From positions 24,802 through 88,801 of the forward strand of contig JBAQFA010000009.1 in NCBI GenBank assembly GCA_049287025.1: a DNA stretch of 64,000 nt, read 5' to 3'. A program made the position numbers and the translations under genes. The stretch is from Candidatus Magasanikiibacteriota bacterium (GTDB taxonomy: Bacteria; Patescibacteriota; Patescibacteriia; Magasanikbacterales; UBA922). Positions within the stretch are counted from its first letter, which is position 1, and every line of letters starts with the position of its first letter. Positions 58,101 to 64,000 of this stretch are shown one piece after another. A model generated the notes under the pieces. It saw nothing but the letters and a program-made list of their open reading frames with translations, did no database searches and was not told the origin of the DNA.

Positions 58101-58228
58101 TTAATAAAAGATTACACAGTCTTTTACAATTTTACACAAAAATTGGACAAAATTGGACAAAAATCATTCAAGTTCATACACAAATTACGGGTTTCACATT
58201 AACCCGACTAATTATTAACATAGATTAT

Positions 58229-58744
58229 ATGAAAAAATGTCAGTTTTGTGCTGAAGAAGTGCAAGATGAAGCCATAGTATGTAAACACTGTGGCAAAGAA
58301 TTAAATAAGCAGGCTGTAAAAAAGAAGGAGTATAATTGGACATTTCGCAAAATTAGTTGTGCGGTTATATTAGTCCCAGTAGTCTTGATTTTTGTAATTA
58401 CCATGGCGGGCGGATGCAATAATTCTAAATCAACCCCAACAGATAGTGCATTATCAAACGTGGGCGTTGGACAGGAAGGTTTCTTACGTACGAGTGATAC
58501 TGGTGCGGATGTTTTGTTAGCTACTTCAGAAAAATCATTTGATGATTTAATTAATGCATCGGTTGCAAAAGATACAATTGGTATGGCACAAATTGTCCTT
58601 AATGGTAATGCTTTTTACATCCCTTATAACACAAAAGTATTAGTGATCGAGTCTTCTTTTGCTAAAAGAAAAGTACGTATTTTGGAAGGTGAGAAAGTAG
58701 GCGAAACTGGTTGGATACCCTATGAGTTTGTTGTTGCAAAATAA
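58229..58744 (+). CDS. Zinc-ribbon membrane protein, hypothetical
   Basis: N-terminal CxxC-16-CxxC, one TM helix, and a C-terminal beta domain. Confidence 0.45.
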   Translation: MKKCQFCAEEVQDEAIVCKHCGKELNKQAVKKKEYNWTFRKISCAVILVPVVLIFVITMAGGCNNSKSTPTDSALSNVGVGQEGFLRTSDTGADVLLATSEKSFDDLINASVAKDTIGMAQIVLNGNAFYIPYNTKVLVIESSFAKRKVRILEGEKVGETGWIPYEFVVAK

Positions 58745-58804
58745 TGGAAAACAAACAAAAAACCTGCTATATTAATAGTAGGTTTTTTTATTAAAATAAA
58801 TATT

Positions 58805-60442
58805 ATGACAACCACACAAGATTTGTACAAAATGATCGGAACTGCACAACAGCAGGAAGAAGATAAGGATGACGTTTCAAAATATCGATACGTTATTTAT
58901 GCTCGAAAATCTACAGATGATAAAGAAAAACAAATCAGATCATTAGGTGATCAAATTAAAGAATGTAAGGATTATGCTGAAAGAAATGGACTTAGATGTT
59001 TACCGAAACCAATAACGGAGTCAGAGTCTGCCAAGGAACCAGACATAAGGCCAGAGTTTAAGAAATTAATTGATGACATTAAAAAAGCTAAATATGATGG
59101 TATTTTGGCTTGGCATCCAGACCGTTTGGCCAGAAATATGAAGGATGCTGGAGAGATAATAGATCTGTTGGATAAAAAGATAGTGAAAGACCTAAAATTC
59201 GTAACATTTACGTTTGAGAACAATACAATGGGTAAAATGTTGTTAGGGATGGCTTTCGTGCTGTCTAAGCAGTATTCTGACGCTTTAAGTGATAATGTAA
59301 AACGAGGAACAAGTAGAAGTATTGAAGAAGGTAGATGGTTGAACAAAGCTAAACATGGTTATTATAAAGATCGTAATCAAATACTGCATCCAGATGGTAG
59401 ATTTTTTAATCTGATTGAGAATATTTTTAGGATGAGAATAGATAATAAAAGTTTGGATGATATAGCTGATTATTTGAATGAAAATAGATATTGTTGTGCC
59501 CCACCTTCTAAGAATGAAGCTGACCGTAGCCCATTTCAAATGACCAAACAGATCGTCTCTAAAATTGTGAGAGACCCATTTTACACTGGCATTCTTAAGT
59601 ATGGAGAAAACAAGGTTGATTTAACTGAAATTTATGACTTTACTCCTGCTGTAAGTGTGGATGATTTTCTGAAAATAAACAACTTTTCTGATATTGAAAA
59701 AGCTCTAAAATTAACTGGAAAAATTTATAAAGACAACGCAATCAAGGCAGATTTGATGAGAGGAATGATAATTTGTGGTGAATGTGATGGAAGTATGACA
59801 TCTGGAATTACTCCTAAAAAAACAAAAAATGGTAAAACTAATTATTTTTATTACAGATGTGATAACCCTGTTTGTAAAAATAAAGGTAAGTCTATAAGGG
59901 CAAAAGTAATTATTGACTTTGCCTGTCAATATTTGGAAAAAAACAAATTTACCTCTCATTCTATATATGGGCATTATATCCAAGAAATGAAAAAAGTTGT
60001 AATGGAAAAAGAGAGGTCTCTCATACAAAAAATTCGTTCATTGACGGAGACCAGAGTACACAAAAAAAATCAATTTGAAAAGACAAAAAAATCTCTTATA
60101 CAAGAGACTGACGAAGACATCAAGGGTTTTTTTAAGGAAGATTTGAAACAATTAGAAAAGGACATCAATAATTTAGAAACCGAAATAGATGAATTGAAAG
60201 ATGAGAAAGAAAGAAATAATAGCGTCACGCTGACTTACTCAGAATACCTTGAACTGTTCAATAATTTAGCTGAGCGTATTAAAAAAATAGGCGTTATGGA
60301 AGACCTAAATTTTATAATGAAAAAAATCTTCTTGAACTTTACTATAAAAGAGGGAAAAGTGGCTCTATATACACTAAACTCCCCATTCGGGGAGTTCGTG
60401 AAAGACCGTATTGTCTTGACATGTCGGGGTGAAAGGACTTGA
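58805..60442 (+). CDS. Large serine recombinase with resolvase N-terminus, recombinase domain, zinc ribbon and coiled coil
   Basis: YVIYARKSTDDKEKQIRSLGDQI places the catalytic Ser in a resolvase-type N-terminal domain. The central recombinase domain has a Cys cluster (CGECDG..C..C). The C-terminal coiled coil is typical of phiC31/TnpX-type integrases. Confidence 0.85.
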   Translation: MTTTQDLYKMIGTAQQQEEDKDDVSKYRYVIYARKSTDDKEKQIRSLGDQIKECKDYAERNGLRCLPKPITESESAKEPDIRPEFKKLIDDIKKAKYDGILAWHPDRLARNMKDAGEIIDLLDKKIVKDLKFVTFTFENNTMGKMLLGMAFVLSKQYSDALSDNVKRGTSRSIEEGRWLNKAKHGYYKDRNQILHPDGRFFNLIENIFRMRIDNKSLDDIADYLNENRYCCAPPSKNEADRSPFQMTKQIVSKIVRDPFYTGILKYGENKVDLTEIYDFTPAVSVDDFLKINNFSDIEKALKLTGKIYKDNAIKADLMRGMIICGECDGSMTSGITPKKTKNGKTNYFYYRCDNPVCKNKGKSIRAKVIIDFACQYLEKNKFTSHSIYGHYIQEMKKVVMEKERSLIQKIRSLTETRVHKKNQFEKTKKSLIQETDEDIKGFFKEDLKQLEKDINNLETEIDELKDEKERNNSVTLTYSEYLELFNNLAERIKKIGVMEDLNFIMKKIFLNFTIKEGKVALYTLNSPFGEFVKDRIVLTCRGERT

Positions 60443-60497
60443 ACCTTCGGCCTCCTGGTCCCAAACCAGGCGCTCTAGCCAACTGAGCTACACCCCG
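60424..60497 (-). tRNA. tRNA-Pro(TGG)
   Basis: Acceptor CGGGGTG/CACCCCG, anticodon loop TTTGGGA, T-loop GGTTCAAGTCC. Its 3' end overlaps the recombinase stop region. Confidence 0.75.
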
Positions 60498-60542
60498 TTA
60501 AAGTTATAAAGTTGAAAGTTTTAAAGTTCAAAAAAATAACTT

Positions 60543-60616
60543 GGTGCCGAGGGCCAGGATCGAACTGGCGACACGTGGATTTTCAGTCCACTGCTCTACC
60601 ACTGAGCTACCTCGGC
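60543..60616 (-). tRNA. tRNA-Phe(GAA) with CCA encoded
   Basis: GCCGAGGTAGCTCAGTGGTAGAGC.., anticodon loop CTGAAAA, ..GTTCGATCCTGGCCCTCGGCACCA. Confidence 0.8.
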
Positions 60617-60624
60617 TTGTTTTG

Positions 60625-60698
60625 TGGACCTGAGGAGATTCGAACTCCTGACCCCCTGCTTGCAAAGCAGGTGCTCTAGCCAGCTGAGCTACAGGCCC
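60625..60698 (-). tRNA. tRNA-Ala(TGC)
   Basis: GGGCCTGTAGCTCAGCTGG.., anticodon loop TTTGCAA, G3:U70, discriminator A. Confidence 0.8.
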
Positions 60699-60825
60699 TT
60701 TTTTAAAAACCCAAAACAAAAGTGGGGATATTATAGCAACTAGTGATATTTTTGTCAATCTTATTCTCATTTATCAGTTTTTATGGTAAAATATAAACAA
60801 TTATTAATAAATTATAAAAATAATT

Positions 60826-61239
60826 ATGGAATATTTATATTTTACTTTACAGATTTTATTAGCCATAGTTTTGGGTGGAGTATTAGGTTGGCAAAGAGAA
60901 AAAATTGGTAAGCCTGCTGGTCCACGTACTTATGCTTTGGTGGCTGCTGGGTCAGCTTTGTTTACTCTTTTATCTCTTTCGGCTTTTGGCACAGTCAATA
61001 CAGTACAGGTGGCCGCACAAATTGTGACAGGTGTGGGTTTTCTTGGGGCGGGAATAATCATTCATCGCGATGGTGGAATTGTAGAGGGTCTCACTACAGC
61101 AGCTGGTTTTTGGGCAGCCGCTGCTATTGGTATGGCAGTGGGGGCTGGTTGGTTGATTCAAGCGGGGATAGCTACTTTATTATTACTAATTATTTTATCT
61201 ATTGATGATCATAAATTTTTAAGAAAGAAAAAGAGATAG
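60826..61239 (+). CDS. mgtC: MgtC/SapB family membrane protein
   Basis: ..LGGVLGWQREKIGKPAGPRTYALVAAGSALFTL.. is the conserved MgtC N-terminal domain. About 137 aa. Confidence 0.75.
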   Translation: MEYLYFTLQILLAIVLGGVLGWQREKIGKPAGPRTYALVAAGSALFTLLSLSAFGTVNTVQVAAQIVTGVGFLGAGIIIHRDGGIVEGLTTAAGFWAAAAIGMAVGAGWLIQAGIATLLLLIILSIDDHKFLRKKKR

Positions 61240-61312
61240 ATTTTAGCTTATTGACAAAAAGTGAACTTATTGTTAAAATAAATTCACTTTTTTATTTAAA
61301 CAAGCGGGTATC

Positions 61313-61586
61313 ACCCTCCTTCGTCCATCCTTCGCTAATGCTTCGGAGGACTACGGATGGGCAAGTATAACGGTTATTACCTGCCCGACATGCCTGATGG
61401 CAATCAAGGTAGGTGGGTCCGAGTTTTCTCCCGCCCCGAGGGCGGGATCCCTCTGTGGAGGGACAAACTCATGAAAGAAAATTAATTTTACAATTTAACA
61501 CGCGGGTATCATATATGTTCCATATATAATACTCCTCGTTCGGAAGAGCGAAAATAAATTTTCTCTCTTCACTCACTGCGGGTATC
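61313..61586 (+). repeat. Fragmentary duplications of the tRNA-Gly 5' half, interleaved with GC-rich hairpins
   Basis: GCGGGTATCA recurs at 61313, 61511 and 61587. ATAACGGTTATTA recurs at 61366 and 61601. TCCGAGTTTTC recurs at 61427 and 61611. Hairpins between them include CCATCC..GGATGG and CCCGCCCCGAGGGCGGG. Confidence 0.55.
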
Positions 61587-61658
61587 ATATAACGGTTATT
61601 ATCCGAGTTTTCCAAACTCGTGAAAGGAGTTCGACTCTCCTTACCCGCTCATTGTCAA
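61587..61658 (+). tRNA. tRNA-Gly(TCC)
   Basis: Acceptor GCGGGTA/TACCCGC, D-arm ATAT-AACGGTTA-TTAT, anticodon stem CGAGT/ACTCG, loop TTTCCAA, T-arm AGGAG-TTCGACT-CTCCT, discriminator U. Confidence 0.7.
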
Positions 61659-61706
61659 ACTTCGCTTAAACAGCGGAGTTTTTATATTTTTATCTATATG
61701 ATATAA

Positions 61707-62006
61707 TTGAATCAAATTAGTTTTATAAATATGAAAAAAATAATTTTACCAGTTTTTATCGTTATAATAATGCTTTCAGCAGTGGTAATATTAAACATTC
61801 ACGTAATTAAATATAATCGACACTTAGTTCCGGAACCACTATATAAATATTTTACAGATAGTAAACTTCGTGTAGAATATAAAAAATATAAAATTTGTGA
61901 TTCATATACCAGTAAAGAAATTTGCACCTCTCAGCCGAGTTGTACATGGGCCAATTTTTGGTTTGATGGAATGGAAAAAGCAGAAGAATATTGTTCGACC
62001 AAATAG
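61707..62006 (+). CDS. Small secreted or membrane Cys-containing hypothetical protein
   Basis: N-terminal TM/signal segment. The C-terminus has four Cys. Confidence 0.4.
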   Translation: MNQISFINMKKIILPVFIVIIMLSAVVILNIHVIKYNRHLVPEPLYKYFTDSKLRVEYKKYKICDSYTSKEICTSQPSCTWANFWFDGMEKAEEYCSTK

Positions 62007-62117
62007 ATTAAGTAACCATCATATAGGTTCTAACATCTTCTACCAAGGAACTTAAAAACAAAACAGGGTATTACTCCTGTTTTGTTGATTTTATAAATAA
62101 CTAAACCAATTATTTTT

Positions 62118-62651
62118 TTAAGCTGAGACAAAGAACACATCTTCATTTTTTTCAATTGTTTTTTCACAAACCAATGTTAGTGAATCAATTACTTTATCTA
62201 GGTCATTTAAGAATGTTTTATCCAGATTATTTAATAATTCTTTTAGTTTTTTTATTTCTTCTACTGTCCAATAACCAACCGTTGTTTCATATTGATCACC
62301 CATTTGGTGAAAGCGTTCGCCATCAGTCACGCGTCGGCCTTCTGTAATGTAACTTAGTAAATCAGTTAATTCTTGATCCACGTTTGGGTTAGAAATCAAT
62401 TTTTCTATTAGATCCCAATAAGCTTGGTTAGTCCAATTATCATCAATATTTTCATGATCTATAAATTCCAATAAATACGCTGGATAATAATCAATTCCGT
62501 CAATATTGCCCTCATCAATAATTTGGTCAATAAATTGACTACCTTCTGGATCATCGCCAATTAGTTTGTCCTTTACATCTTCTCTTTTTGAACCAATTAA
62601 AGATTTTAAATCATCTAATTTGAGAGAATAGAAACTAACGCTTGAGCTCAT
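62118..62651 (-). CDS. Acidic hypothetical protein
   Basis: 177 aa, very acidic, no recognised domain. Confidence 0.4.
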   Translation of the reverse strand: MSSSVSFYSLKLDDLKSLIGSKREDVKDKLIGDDPEGSQFIDQIIDEGNIDGIDYYPAYLLEFIDHENIDDNWTNQAYWDLIEKLISNPNVDQELTDLLSYITEGRRVTDGERFHQMGDQYETTVGYWTVEEIKKLKELLNNLDKTFLNDLDKVIDSLTLVCEKTIEKNEDVFFVSA

Positions 62652-62972
62652 ATGAATTAGTATTAAGAATAATATAGAATTATTATAACTTTTTAATGTA
62701 ATGTCGTCAATTTAGCGTAATTTTTTACTGTATAAAAATATCCCCTTTTAGATTGACAGGATATTTTTGTGGTCATATACTATTAATATATACTAAATTG
62801 GTATGAATTTAATCAATAATCTTTGTTTTGAAAAATGCTTATCATTTTTTAGGCCAAAGGTCGATGATAATTAACTAGACCGCTATATATCTAAAAATAA
62901 TAGAATAATTGTAATTTTTAATAAAACATGAGTAATAGAATATGGCGGTCTAAAATTAATAAATATAAACAT

Positions 62973-64000
62973 ATGAAAACAGAATTATTCAGGAAAGCCA
63001 AATTTTCCAGCTCATTGCTAAAAGTAGTTATGTCTCTTGTTTTAGTGGCATCTCCCTTTTCGTTAGTGGGTTCAGCTCTAGCCGCTCCAGTAGATAGCTC
63101 GGTGCCAGCCACATCAATAACAACGCCAACTAATAATAGTACGGTTTCTGGTGTAGTTGCTGTTTCAGCTTCAGCTACAGATGTTTATTCATCTTGTGTT
63201 GTTACGGTTTCTGGGCAATCGTACGATGTGTCATCATTAAAATCTGACCATTCTGGTGGTGATATTTTTGTTTGTGGAACAGATATGACAGCTGTTTACC
63301 AGGCAGTTCATGGTACAAGTGTAAGTCGTATAGCATCATTTTTGATTCCGTCAACCTATAATGGTGTTACACAAGTTGAGTTATATGTTGATAATAGTTT
63401 AGTATCAACTGATGTTTCTACCCCATACTCATTTTCTTTGGACACAACATCACTATCCAATGGCGTTCACGTACTTACCGCCAAGGCTTATGACCAGGCT
63501 GGTAATGTTGGTACTTCAACCAATGTTTCTGTCACAGTTAATAATGCAGTAGTCACACCAGTTTTAACAAGTGTTAGTTTGAATCCAGCAACATCATCGG
63601 TTGTAGTGGGAGGCACTCAACAATATACAGCTGTAGCTAAGGATCAAAATGGCGTAGCTTTATCACCTCAACCTACAATTACCTATACTTCTAGCGATAC
63701 AGCCAAAGCTACTGTTAATGCGAGTGGCTTAGCAACAGGCGTAGCAACTGGTACTGTGACTGTGATGGCTACTAGTGGTTCAGTTTCAAGTACAGCGAGT
63801 TTGACAGTGACATCTGCGCCACCAAATCGAGTTTTGACTACTGTTGTGGTGACACCAACAACTACAGGTTTATCAGTTGGAGATAGTCAACAATTGACAG
63901 TCACTGCACTTGATCAGTTTGGTGAACCAATTACGGTTGCTTTGTTATGGAGTTCAAGTAATCCTTCCGTAGCTACAGTTGATTCTAATGGTAGGGTGAC
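62973..64000 (+). CDS. Secreted protein with tandem bacterial Ig-like (Big_2-type) domains. It is 5'-partial and runs off the window end.
   Basis: The ATG at 62973 is followed by a signal peptide (..LVASPFSLVGSALAAP). Repeated ..LTSVSLNPATSSVVVGGTQQYTAVAKDQNG.. and ..VVVTPTTTGLSVGDSQQLTVTALDQFG.. units are Big_2-like. Confidence 0.65.
   Translation, partial: MKTELFRKAKFSSSLLKVVMSLVLVASPFSLVGSALAAPVDSSVPATSITTPTNNSTVSGVVAVSASATDVYSSCVVTVSGQSYDVSSLKSDHSGGDIFVCGTDMTAVYQAVHGTSVSRIASFLIPSTYNGVTQVELYVDNSLVSTDVSTPYSFSLDTTSLSNGVHVLTAKAYDQAGNVGTSTNVSVTVNNAVVTPVLTSVSLNPATSSVVVGGTQQYTAVAKDQNGVALSPQPTITYTSSDTAKATVNASGLATGVATGTVTVMATSGSVSSTASLTVTSAPPNRVLTTVVVTPTTTGLSVGDSQQLTVTALDQFGEPITVALLWSSSNPSVATVDSNGRV

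Larger units (their letters stand above)
55330..60540. mobile_element. Candidate integrative element of about 5.2 kb encoding a large serine recombinase and abutting a tRNA-Pro/Phe/Ala cluster
   Basis: Composition and gene style change after the kef terminator. The cargo is small unknown ORFs. The recombinase gene overlaps the tRNA-Pro 3' end by 19 nt. Similar AAGTTATAAAGTT-containing 35-40-bp segments lie at 55329-55366 and 60498-60540. Confidence 0.45.

Noticed and set aside
55329-60540. Firm attL/attR assignment for the serine-recombinase element
   Set aside because: The two similar AAGTTATAAAGTT-containing segments are AT-rich and partly overlap terminators. Serine integrases do not create long direct repeats. 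So these boundaries are kept only as a low-confidence suggestion.
60528-60770. 80-aa minus-strand ORF
   Set aside because: It overlaps the tRNA-Phe and tRNA-Ala genes. It is spurious.
1-64000. CRISPR arrays
   Set aside because: No series of regularly spaced identical 25-40-bp repeats with unique spacers is visible. The repeated elements found are either widely dispersed or separated by full genes.

Overview
The backbone of this window is AT-rich (roughly 35-40% GC by eye) with an origin-proximal core-gene set: tig 3' end, yggU-like, dnaN, dnaA, rpmH, rnpA, yidD, dksA-like, lspA, comM/yifB, an M23/LysM peptidase, H+-pyrophosphatase, an Ssu-like ABC transporter, ftsK, a rodZ-like gene, recA, ychF, a zwf-gnd fusion, rpsT, holA, polA, PBP1A, a giant lamin-tail-domain (LTD) surface protein, a Kef/RCK antiporter and mgtC. 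I read nine tRNA genes from structure. Small genes, strong SD sequences, LTD proteins and many TrmB-type regulators fit a CPR/Patescibacteria-like genome; that placement is an inference.

The unusual part is a set of accessory modules. Strongly GC-rich foreign-looking ORFs (about 60-70% GC, estimated by eye) sit in same-strand arrays. Each array has its own consensus sigma70 promoter and a conserved leader. Inside arrays, cassettes are separated by a conserved ~120-bp structured repeat (a 27-nt GC box, a perfect AT-rich hairpin and a second hairpin). Each array is divergently paired with a paralog of a TrmB-family wHTH regulator; this window holds five such paralogs. Copies are at 28.3-34.9 kb next to a tRNA-Ala/tRNA-Arg cluster, at 47.6-49.8 kb flanked by 27-bp direct repeats, and as a single GC island at 12.4-13.8 kb flanked by 19-bp direct repeats. 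The layout is integron-like, but no IntI is present, so it may be a distinct undescribed cassette-capture or shuffling system.

The window also holds a small integrative element carrying a large serine recombinase that abuts a tRNA-Pro/Phe/Ala cluster, a HigBA TA pair plus rmuC, an unidentified promoter/terminator-bounded ncRNA locus beside DnaA-box clusters, and a tRNA-Gly preceded by fragmentary duplications of its own 5' half.
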